The notes beneath the pieces were generated by a model, which saw only the letters and a program-made list of their open reading frames with translations, ran no database searches and was not told where the DNA came from. The position numbers were made by a program, and so were the translations under genes. This document shows, piece by piece, positions 11,072-21,491 of a DNA stretch of 64,000 nt (position 1 is the stretch's first letter; each line of letters starts with the position of its first letter). The DNA comes from Trichodelitschia bisporula (Eukaryota), in NCBI GenBank assembly GCA_010356995.1, contig ML996687.1:249803-313802 (forward strand), in the 5' to 3' direction.

Positions 11072-13696
11072 TCACTCCTCACCCCCCACCCTGCCCTTCC
11101 CCTTAAGAAACACCCTCCTCGTCCCACCACTCCTCCCCATATCCCCAAACTCAACCTTCGTGCCCACCTTCTTCGCCTGCTCCACAATCCCCTCCACCCA
11201 CTCCTTCTTCTCACTACTCATATCGCCAACCAACTTCCGCGCCGCCGGCCCCGCGAGGCCCACCTCCTCAAACCCAGTACTCCTTCTCGAGCCCCCACAA
11301 CTACCATGCGCGCTCTGCGGCCGCCTTTCCTCGCCCGCAGGCGTAGGCGTATGCGCGCCCGCCGTCGGGGTAAACCGCCCACTCGTCGGCGGCCCCACAA
11401 ACGACGTGCGGCGACTGCTACTACTGGGCGTCACACGACCGCTCGCCGGCTCCGGCGTCGGAAGCCCGACAACCTCAACGCGGCCCTCGCTCACCGCACG
11501 CCGCCCATGGTGCTCAGCATACATGCGCAGGTACTCGCCGAGATCAGCCCACCCCCCTCCAACACGCACCATGACGCGTTCGCCGTTTTCGCCAACCCGC
11601 CTGACGAAGAGCTTGATTGGCTTGTCCATGTCGTTACGGGAGAGGTGGTAGAGTTTGATTTCGGGGTCTGAGGCTGTGCCGGAGCGACGGGAGGTTGATT
11701 CATCGGCGGGGGCGAGGGTGAGGGTTGGGAGAGGGGTCAGGGAGGGGGTTGCGGAGCGGCGGTGCAGGTTGTTGGAGCTCGGCTTGCGGTGGGTTAGGTT
11801 TGGGGTTGGGGTTGTGGCTCGGGGATGGGACCGGAGGCGGATGGGCGCTGGTAGGGTCTCGAGGATGTTGCTGATTTGCTGCTCGAGGGGTATGTTCGGT
11901 GAAGTTGGCTTGGTGGGTGATTTGGCGGGCGATGAGTGCGGGCCGTTGGACATGTCGGCGGTATCCCAGAACGGAGACGAGGGTTGACGTCTGTGGTTTG
12001 ACGACACAGCTTCTTTGTTCCGACGCTTGGTCATGGCGGAGTTCAGTGGCGGGCGAGGACCTCTGACAAACGGCCTGTTCGGTCGTACAGAGGGTGAGTC
12101 GTCCATCGGTGGGCTGCTTTGCTCGGAGCCGTCGGATACGATTGAGAAGATGCTCTCTCCACGGTGGTGGTTACGTTCTTGATTCGGAGTACGAGGCCCA
12201 TCCTTCTTTTTTCCTGCACTGTCCTCCTCTGCATTCGCCACATTCGTTAGCTCTGAATTTTCGATACTTGGGAGCACCGTATCGCCTGAAGGCAAGCCGC
12301 CGTCCCAAGCGTCTTGCTCTTGAGTGGACGACTCGGCGTCATGACGAATTAGCGTCACCAGTGTGACATTCTGCAAAACCGGCGCTTCTTCACCTGAGCT
12401 GTCCCCACCAGGATCCAAATTTTCATCGGTAGGAGGTGGCCCATGGCTTGACGAAAGTAGCGGACTCGGACCAGAGGCTCCAGTCAAGTTTTTGGGTACG
12501 GAAGTGAGATCCGCCGAATCTTCACGTACGAAACTATTCTCACTTCCTTTCCCACCTTCAATCGCAGGAAGTGGAGTCCCATTGTGAGACGAAGTCGGTG
12601 GGAACTCAAAGGGCGAAGCGTCCAGAACAGCTCTCAAGGACGTCTTCTTCGGTGATAAACGCTCCCGGGCCGGTGTTTGCGGCTCTACCTTTTTCGGTGA
12701 GGTGACGGTGAATGCCAACATCTGTAGTTCAAACAGCCGCCGCTGTGCTTCAACAGCCCAGTTAGCATATTCCGTCTCCGCCGTTTCGTAGCTGTCGATC
12801 CAGCGATCGGGCACACAATCATCGCTGCCCTCAAGTGCATCCAGCATTCCGTCTAGCTGGCGGCCCATATCCCCTATCTTGACAGACAGTGCGTCCCGTA
12901 CTTCTTGGATCTCCTTCAATTGTAACTGTATCGACGGCAATGTCGAGTCTGGAACATTGCGGCTGATGACTGCCTTCCAGGCGAAGTCAAGTGTGTCCCG
13001 TATGCCTTTCAGGTCCGCCAGAAACTGCGGTGCGTCCCTGAGCACCACCAGACGGACAGACCACGATCTCAAGTATTGTTTCAGCGACGCAAGGTATGGG
13101 AGTGTCTGCATGATCGTGTGGGTTACGAAAAGGGTAAAGTCGTCAAGAAGATTGACGACCGAGAAACTCTGTGTGGAATAGCTCGAAGTTGGCCTGGACC
13201 GGTTGCGGTGTATGCCGAGAATCTGCTCCTTCAGCTCGTCCATGTCAAGCGCGACCAACTCGTCCGTTATGCCGTCGAGGCGGTCCTCGTAGCGCTCGAC
13301 AACCTTCGTGGGAAGACTGCCGCAGCATTCGGACGGATCCTCCAAGTCCACTTCATCCACGTTGTCCTTCTCAGCCTCCGGCGCGTCGAAACTGCCCGTC
13401 CAGCCCCATTGTTCGATTTCGGCACACCATTCCTTCAACTTGTCGGCGGCCCGCACGACACGCGTCGCGAGCTCCCGCTGAGCCGTGGTTGTGGTGTCGT
13501 TGGCGAGTAGGGCATGGAATTCGTCCAGGTACGGCGTGGACCGCGAGTATCGAAGGGTTTTGGACGGAGAGCGGCGAAAATGAGGATCTTTGAAGGAGGC
13601 GCGAGCGGGCGTTGAAGGTTGCGCGAAGTGCACGTTGGGAGAGACAGCGGCAGCATGGCTGTCGAACGTCGCGGGTTCCAGATGGCTGGCCATCAT
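11072..13696 (-). CDS. GAS2/GAR-domain protein with N-terminal helical/coiled-coil region
   Basis: Single long ORF with first ATG at 13696. C-terminal KLFVRRVGENGERVMVRVGGGWADLGEYL matches the GAS2 microtubule-binding motif. Confidence 0.85.
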   Translation of the reverse strand: MMASHLEPATFDSHAAAVSPNVHFAQPSTPARASFKDPHFRRSPSKTLRYSRSTPYLDEFHALLANDTTTTAQRELATRVVRAADKLKEWCAEIEQWGWTGSFDAPEAEKDNVDEVDLEDPSECCGSLPTKVVERYEDRLDGITDELVALDMDELKEQILGIHRNRSRPTSSYSTQSFSVVNLLDDFTLFVTHTIMQTLPYLASLKQYLRSWSVRLVVLRDAPQFLADLKGIRDTLDFAWKAVISRNVPDSTLPSIQLQLKEIQEVRDALSVKIGDMGRQLDGMLDALEGSDDCVPDRWIDSYETAETEYANWAVEAQRRLFELQMLAFTVTSPKKVEPQTPARERLSPKKTSLRAVLDASPFEFPPTSSHNGTPLPAIEGGKGSENSFVREDSADLTSVPKNLTGASGPSPLLSSSHGPPPTDENLDPGGDSSGEEAPVLQNVTLVTLIRHDAESSTQEQDAWDGGLPSGDTVLPSIENSELTNVANAEEDSAGKKKDGPRTPNQERNHHRGESIFSIVSDGSEQSSPPMDDSPSVRPNRPFVRGPRPPLNSAMTKRRNKEAVSSNHRRQPSSPFWDTADMSNGPHSSPAKSPTKPTSPNIPLEQQISNILETLPAPIRLRSHPRATTPTPNLTHRKPSSNNLHRRSATPSLTPLPTLTLAPADESTSRRSGTASDPEIKLYHLSRNDMDKPIKLFVRRVGENGERVMVRVGGGWADLGEYLRMYAEHHGRRAVSEGRVEVVGLPTPEPASGRVTPSSSSRRTSFVGPPTSGRFTPTAGAHTPTPAGEERRPQSAHGSCGGSRRSTGFEEVGLAGPAARKLVGDMSSEKKEWVEGIVEQAKKVGTKVEFGDMGRSGGTRRVFLKGKGRVGGEE

Positions 13697-15929
13697 GGCA
13701 GACAATCTGCAATCTCAGGTGGAGAGTGTAGAAATGGAGAGTGAATAAAGAAAGCGCCTAAACCCCCAAAGTGTAAAGAGAGCGGGTATGCAAGAATTGG
13801 CGTCTCGCGATGGACGACGATCGGTGGGTGAGGTTGAAGTTGGGGGAAGCCAATAATGCACGATGTCGTAAGGGTACTGTACTGAGAAAGCTCGAGCCTT
13901 CTTCCCTTCTCCGTGGCGGCGCTCCCTGCAGCCGCTCCGCACTTGTCACTCGCAGCTCGCACGTCGGTTTCCGGGTAGGCGGGAGAGGGACGATCGAAAA
14001 AGATTTGCAAGATGTCGATGATTTTGCAGTCGCAACTTTTGTTTTGATGTCGGTTTGCTGCACGCGCGTGTGCATGTGTGTTGTTCCTGCGCGCGCCTCG
14101 GAGACTTGCGTCGCCGCCAACCTCCGCCGGTGAAGGTTTCGCCTCGAACCCCTCTGGACAACTGACAAACACCAAGCACATAATTTTGTACTTGCTCGCC
14201 TCGTCAAGGCATCACCTTTGCTACGTTTCAATATCAACGTAGCAGACCTATCTACCCAACTCGCCCCATCGTTTCCTCTCGTGTCGTCCTTCTACTGGCC
14301 AAGCCGGTCACTGACAGCCAGCGAAGCTTTTCCCGAAGTTCGACATTTACGGAATGTTTCACCGTCATGCAGCACTGCATGTCTTGGGAGCTCAAGTCCA
14401 TGTCTTCAGATCATATATCGACTGTTAATGACGCCTCGGCGCGGACGCAATATTCTACGACAGCAAGAGCCGTCGTGCCCCGTAGGACTCGTCATGCCCA
14501 AAACGTCTATGGCTCGTCGTGCAGGAGCCGTGAACCCGCAATCCGTACTGATCTGGAGAGCATGGCATTGCCTCCAGTCTACACCGAGCTGGACACTTCA
14601 CGGCATAATTCTGCTTTCATTCACAAAGGTGCTTGTATACCCGGATAGGAAGCCGTGCCAGCTCACCCTCCAATCTCAGTGATCACCGCCATGGATCAAG
14701 CTTTGTAAGGCCGATAAATGAGTGTCCCCCGGATTGAGACAGCCGTCGGCTTCGTGCTGGGTTGCTCCATGGTACGAGTACCGTTCAAGCTCCCTGTTCA
14801 GGATGCTTCTGCCCATTCTTTGCTGGTCGGCGTGGTCCGTTTTCAGTCATCCTTCGGTCCAGACCCTCCAGGCAAGACACCTTGTTCTTGTGCGGGTTGA
14901 GATCTTCCTATCTACGGAAAGGATGTGCTTCAGGGGCAGCTCGGTCGATTTCTTTGTCTTTGTTGCGGGATGGAGTATTTGCCTGCTATGTCTGTTGCTC
15001 CAGGCTCCAAAGCCTCTGTTCGTTGGTGGAAGGACTACGACAGGCATTGGGCTCGGTGTTGATAAGGCTCATAGACGGGAATTCATAACTCTCTTTGAAG
15101 AGAAAATGGCAAGTTGGCGTAGTGCTGCTCGGAACAAGCATGAGAAGAGAGGAGTGGGGAATTGCAGATTGTAATCAGCCTGCTTCTCGCAATGGAAATT
15201 CCGTGTTCAAGTCTCAGAATTGAAAAGCACATGCGAAGTGGGATGCAACTCAATCTTCAATGGAACAAGTCCTTCGGCTTTTGTTTTAGCGCTCCCATTC
15301 GGTGTCGACAAGTGGTGAGGGACGTTTGGAGATGTTATCGCTGTCATCGCTGCCATGAATGGAGTTGACGTTCAAGCCTCGCGTGCCTCGTCAGCTGCGG
15401 GGCCCCCCGAGCTCGGCCCGGTCTTCCCCCACGCGGCACTTCAGTGTGGCGCAGAATGGCACAGATGATTCCCATGTGCAAAGACGTCCCCGAGTTTCCC
15501 TCTTCGACCAGACCACCGAACGTTATCCGCTTCTACCATTCGTCTCCAATAATAAATCTCTCCAATCCAAATGTCCAACCCCTGATGGTGAAGTGACATG
15601 ACCTTCTCGTGGCACCAACGTGGAGTCCCTCGGACCCCATGCTCCAAGTTAGGACGCCATCATCGGCGCTACCCAGACCGTGACGCGCAAGCTTCCGCAG
15701 AACCGCGTGTAGGGTAAAACGCCTGAAGTTGCCGACTTCAAGCGCTACATAGCTCATCTACTGCTTCTTTGCTCTCTGAAGGAAATCCCCATATTCAGCT
15801 CATCGTACACTGTACATACTGTATTGACATTCAACAAACTATCGTCATCTCACCCCTCCGTCCCTTCGCCTATCTCGGACAGATGCGCAAGCGTTGTACA
15901 CCGTCCCGATAAGCAGTTTCTCGGAAGTG

Positions 15930-17284
15930 ATGCACCTCCGCTATCTCACACGACTCCGCCTCGTTGCGTTTCTTGCCGTTTTGAGCATCTTGTATTGCGC
16001 CTGGCGTTTCCCCTCTCTCCAGGTTTCGACGCGCCTTGAAAAGGCCTTTCACGGAGTATCAACTCGCATTGTTGTGTTCGGTGACTCCTTCAGTGACACC
16101 GGAGCTAATGTCGAACGCTCTTCAATTGGCGAATCATTGGCGAACCGACCGGTAGGCAGCCGGCCATGGGTCACGACGCTATGCGACGAGGTGAGATAAT
16201 AAGGCTCTTTGTCCCTTTCCTCTAAAGGAACCGCCGTGTTTGCCCAGCAGATGGCGGCGCACGTCACCGTACCTCGGATTAGACTGACGTTTGCCAGTTC
16301 GTTTGCGATCACATACATAATTTTGCTCAGTCGTATCCCGCTGGCCGGGAAGCCGTCAGCGGTGGCGCTGTGCTTGACAACGGCATCTACGCCAACACGA
16401 CATCCGACCGCGCCATCGCCTCCAAACTGCTCCCGGACCTCAAGGCTCAAGTCCAGAAATGGATAGCCTTCGAGGACAAGCACTTGACCCCGACCCAAAG
16501 GAGGTTGGATGACATCCTCTTTACCATCACTTTTGGCCCGTGGGACCTGCTGCATTATGCCACCCTTGACAGCGAAATCGCCCAGGAGGCTATAGGATCT
16601 TCCATCTACGTGCTGTTTCAGCAGCTCGATATAATCGCCGATAGGTCGGTTAAACCGCCAAGGATAGTCATCCCACTGCTCTGGGACGTCACCTTCTCTC
16701 CGTACTTCATGTCACTCTCCGACAACATCACCTTGTCCGAATACGGCAACCAGCAGCGCAGGACGGCTTTCTTGATTAGATTCTGGAACGAAGCGATCCG
16801 CTACATGGCCGGCCAGTGGGCGAGAGGCTTCTTGTTCCTGCCTGACTGGAACGCTTGGGTGGCGGAGCAGCTCCGCATTAACCAGCTCCAAGCCAGCGGA
16901 ACGACGGACGCAAGTGGCGCTGGCAAAGATGTGGCTGCGTTTAGTGATGTTTCTACTCCATGCCTACACAATACCGCATCGAAAAAGCCCGGCGCGCTCC
17001 CAGCTGTGGGGGCGGGTTGCGACAACCCCGGCGAACATCTCTTTTGGTACGCGTAAGAGCAGTGTCTTGACGTCGTTTGCTCATTGACTTACACTTGATG
17101 CAGGGACGACTTGCATTTCAGCGAGAAGGCGAACCGGCTACTGGGACGCAGTGCTGTGGATCTGCTCGCGGCTAATGACACCGCAAACGCGCCGCTGCGC
17201 GCATCTTCAGTCCCCGCGGACACGAACAGAGCAACACGGCGCATCGATGTGCACGTTGGGCCGGGCATGCCGCCTGGTCTCTGA
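15930..17284 (+). CDS. SGNH/GDSL-family esterase with N-terminal signal/anchor; exons 15930-16190, 16298-17046, 17104-17284
   Basis: Hydrophobic N-terminus, block I VVFGDSFSDTG, and block V FWDDLHFS assembled across intron 17047-17103. Confidence 0.82.
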
Positions 17285-18067
17285 GCAGCATTACTGGGAA
17301 CGATGCTCTTGGTTCGTTTTGGGGGGTTCATGCATCATCTGGAGTTAGCAACATGCGCCCTGGGGTTCTACAAATACATTACAAGCTCCCTGTTTCCGTC
17401 CCAAGTCTTTTTCTTTATTATGGGTTCTCTCGCGCGCGTACGTGTTTGGTGCATCCTTCACCGCTCCTTACTTTGGACTTGGTGGGGAGGGGGCGCGTGT
17501 TCGTTTCACGCAGGCTGGCATTCCACGCCGGTTTTGGCGATACGTTTTACAAGCAGAACAAAGAAAGCCGGGCTCGCGCTCTCCCGCCCGCCTCTGGAGA
17601 GCTGCAGCCGTACGAGCCGACGGGGCGCACTTGGACGATTCCGGCGGAATGGATGAACTGAGCTGGAAACAAAGAGACCCCAGTCACCGTTTGGCTATCT
17701 TCCCGTCGAACCTTTCTTGCACCTTTTCCACCCGGTGGACAAAGCGAACTCGCAACATCCATCTCCTTCTCACATCGGGCGTACCACAGAATCCATCCCT
17801 CTATTCATTGTCGATTGTCGCAAACAGCCCCTCCCACTGGTACAATAGCTCGTGGCGTGTACTCCCCCAGTCCGAGTATTCCCCTTTCATAATTGCGCAG
17901 CCTGGCCCTCAGCCTCAAGCTTGTTTCCCTTTTCGTTCATTTCTTTCTCTTCCCTCTTCTCCCATGCAAAATTCTCGCATCATTCTTCTCCCCCATTACC
18001 CTTCTGCCCTCGAAGGCGTTTGTCCCGCATTCTCCTCCCTCTCCCGCCCCCTCAATTCCTTTAAAAT

Positions 18068-20490
18068 ATGTCCCACGCGCACCCACCAACCGGCCCCTCC
18101 TCTCCTCACGTCAAGGTTTCGGGAAGGAAGATCCAGCCCAGCAGCACGCCGACCGAAAACCCTGAAGCGGGACTACAGCAAACGACGACGTCTCAGACGG
18201 CCTCCCTGAGCACTACATCTGGGCCTCCGCAGTCGAAACCCACCTCACCCACCCTCAGCGTCAAGTCCCCCTCATCGCCCACCACCAGTTCCGCGTCTAG
18301 TTCCTCCCTGGATGACTCTAATTGCTGCCCTGTCCCAGGCGAGAAGCTCAAGACCCGCCAGCAGCACTCGACCCCGCCCACCCTTCGCATGACTCGGAAA
18401 CGGGCATCCACCCTCGCGGACCTAGCTGAGGAACCGGAGCCCCGTGAAAAGGCCGGCGACAGCCCGCCCCGCAGCGCTGACAGCGACGCCCATAAACCGC
18501 AGACCTCGCCCGACGTTTTTCCTCATATCTGCCTCTGCCAACCTGACCCCAAGATCCCGAGGCCCAGGAACGGTACGTTGTGTGGGGCCTTGTTGCTCTT
18601 TCGCCCGTTGACAAAGGAACCCGACCCGCTGACCTCTTTCCCAGCTTTCATCCTTTACCGCCAGCGCCATCAGCAGACCATCATCGCGCGACACCCCGGC
18701 CTTCCCAACCCGGAAATCTCAAAGATCGCCGGCGAGCTCTGGCGCGCGGAACCCGAATCCGTGAAGAGCGAGTGGAAGCATCTAGCTGAGGTGCGCTTCC
18801 CCCCCGTATTATCCGCCGCATGAAAGCTAACAAAGTCACAAAGGAGGAAAAAGCCCGCCACGCGCAGCAGTACCCAGACTATCGCTTCCAGCCGCGGCAC
18901 AAATCCCGCATCAGCCCAGGCGTCGCCTCTGAAAACCATCGCTGCGCCAAGTGCGGCGGGCGAAGCATCATCGTCACCCGTGGGCCATACCTCACGCCCC
19001 CCTCCACCTCCGGTGCCCCCGACTCTGCGACGAAGAACCTGATATCCCCCACGAAGGTCCTCCCGCCAGCACGCTTCTCCCAATCCTCCGAACCAACCCC
19101 GCAAACCAGCCGCTTCGGCAACATGCTCAACTCACTCACCCTCTCCTCCCCCACCCCCAACGGAACCGCAACCCACCTCGCCCACCAAATCGACCCACGC
19201 ATCTCATCCCCACCACACACCGCCGGCGCTACGTCCACAATTCCCGACCCCAAACGTCGCCGCTTCAACCCCTACCCCGCCGCCGCACGCGACGCCGAAA
19301 CGCCCACCTCCCGCCCCCCTACCTCACCCTCGCACCCCACCCTCCCCCCGCCATCAAACTACCACCACCCCACCACAATGCTCCGCCGCGTGTCCGCCCC
19401 CTACTCCCCCTCACCGACGCTACACCCGCCCACCATCGCCCCCCTCCGTCAAATCCCCCCCACAACAACCCAAACCACCAACCCCCTCACCGCCCCCATA
19501 ATGGGCCCACCCCCCTCCCGCCTCCACCACAACACCCCAACTTACCCACCCACGCCCCACCGCCGCCTAGGCTCCCTCTCCAGCGGCCCCCCAACCTCCT
19601 CAGGACCACGGCACGACTCCCTCCGCCTCCCCCCCCTGCGCGTCCCCTCCCCCACCAGCGCCACGCGCTCCGTCGAAGCAATGGTCATGTCCATCCCCTT
19701 CATGGGCAAGATCAAAATCCTCCGTCGCGTCGCGCCTCCAATCCGCAACCCCGGCCCTCTGTCCCCTGGACCGCGCCAGCGGGGCCTCATCGCCGCGGTC
19801 GAGGGCGAGGACGATGCTGCTGTCGAGCAAGTCGTGCGCGGACTCGAGGGATGCCTGGGAAGGGCCGGCGAGTTCGATGTGCGGGTTGTGCCTGGCCCAC
19901 GGGGTCCGGGTGCTGAAGTCGGGTTCGGGGATTTCGTGAAGGTGGTTGCGGAGTGGCATGCGCGGTGCGGGGAGCTGACTGCGTTTGTGAACAGCCGCGG
20001 GGAGGGAGATGCGGGGCGGATGGACGTGGACGGCCCTGTGGAGGATATGAAGCCAGCGGTTGAGGGGTCGAGTGGCGCGGGGACGCCGGATACGGGGGCG
20101 GGCAAGATCCCGCTTTTGCTGATTCCACGGTATATCCTGCAGGCGAGCAATGCGTGGGCGTCGGCGCTGCCGATTAATGACGCGTACTCGCCGGCGGACC
20201 ACTGGCAGTGGGTTGCGACGCTGTGGCGGGGGATTGTAGGGCCTGATGTTACGGTGTACGTGCGTGGGGGGGATAAGGAGCGGGAACGGGGGGAGGACGG
20301 CGGGGAGTTTGCGAAAGAGGGGTGGGTGGCTGGGAAGGCGGTGGTGGATATGAAGGAGGAGATTGGGGCCGTAGTTTTGAGGAGGGAGAGGGGAGGGAAG
20401 GTGGATGAGGGGGCGGTTAGGAGGGTGGCGTTTGAGGTTGGGGAGTGGGCGAGGAGTGGGATGGTAGGTGGGGGAGAGGGGCCGGCGTAG
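18068..20490 (+). CDS. Sequence-specific HMG-box transcription factor, Rox1/Rfg1-like; introns 18573-18644 and 18791-18843; start codon uncertain (18068 or later)
   Basis: Spliced HMG box PKIPRPRN|AFILYRQRHQ...NPEISKIAGELWRAE...KHLAE|EEKARHAQQYPDYRFQPR, followed by CAKC, a Pro-rich region and a globular-looking C-terminal region (DAYSPADHWQWVATLWRGIVGPD). Confidence 0.88.
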
Positions 20491-21491
20491 GTTTAGGAGT
20501 GGGATAAGATGATATTCTTTGGGGGTATGATAGCTTGCTTGGAGCATTTAGGAATCATGACTTTGGTTTGGACTATTGCTGTTCAGTGTATCGGGTTGTG
20601 GGAAGTGCGTGTTGTCCCTACGAATACTCAACTCACGCCTATCTCTAGTCAACTTTTGTTTGAACACCTTCAGCCTCTTACATCTAAGCACCTTGATGGG
20701 AAAAAGGCTCAAAAACAGGCAACAGCAACTGTATCAACTGAAGATTGAAGTAGAAGACAAAGAGAGGAAGAGAGTCAGAGACTCTCAAGACTCAAATACA
20801 CGATGCCGAGTATCCTCCTTTGCCCCTTCCTTCTATCATGCGCTTATTACATCATGACCCTTAGTATGTACCTTCCTGACATAACAATGCTCCTTCTATG
20901 TCCACATCACACCCTCAGCGCCCACGAATGACCCTCCGAAGCAGATGCCAAAGAGGTTAAGGCCTCGAGAGTAGCCCATTAGGCCAGATGCCAAAGGCTC
21001 ACCTCAAAGCAGCGACACTGCGAAGACCACACGACAGCACAAGACAACCTGACTCTTCAGTCCTAAGGCCTATGAACCTTGATACATACATCCAAAACGC
21101 AGCGACCACAAACGACAGGACGTAGACAAGCAAGGGAAAACAGCTATCTACAAGCTCCAAAATGCCCACCTACACGTCTGTACATAGAACTTGAAACTTT
21201 GTCGAAGCCGATACTCCCAATCTACCAAAAAGGCCAAGATAGCAAACGAAGGGGGAAACCAAGATAAGTCCAAAGCTCATGTGGAGGCATGTCGCGTGAT
21301 GCTCGTTCACTTTTCCAGAAACAACGCTTTCTTCTGCTCCCTCAATTGTCGATGAAGACCAAGAACCAAGCGAACGGAACGCCAGACAGACGCCGGGCAA
21401 AGAGAGTTCAGAAGATGACTGCTATTAAATTACCATTATTCCTAACCCGGCGGACGAAAGTGCCCTGGCAGCAATAGCGACATGCGGTCGA

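Noticed and set aside
14200..15800. ORFs of 100-150 aa between the GAS2 and SGNH genes
   Set aside because: Composition is not protein-like and many lack ATG starts; treated as divergent promoter/UTR sequence.
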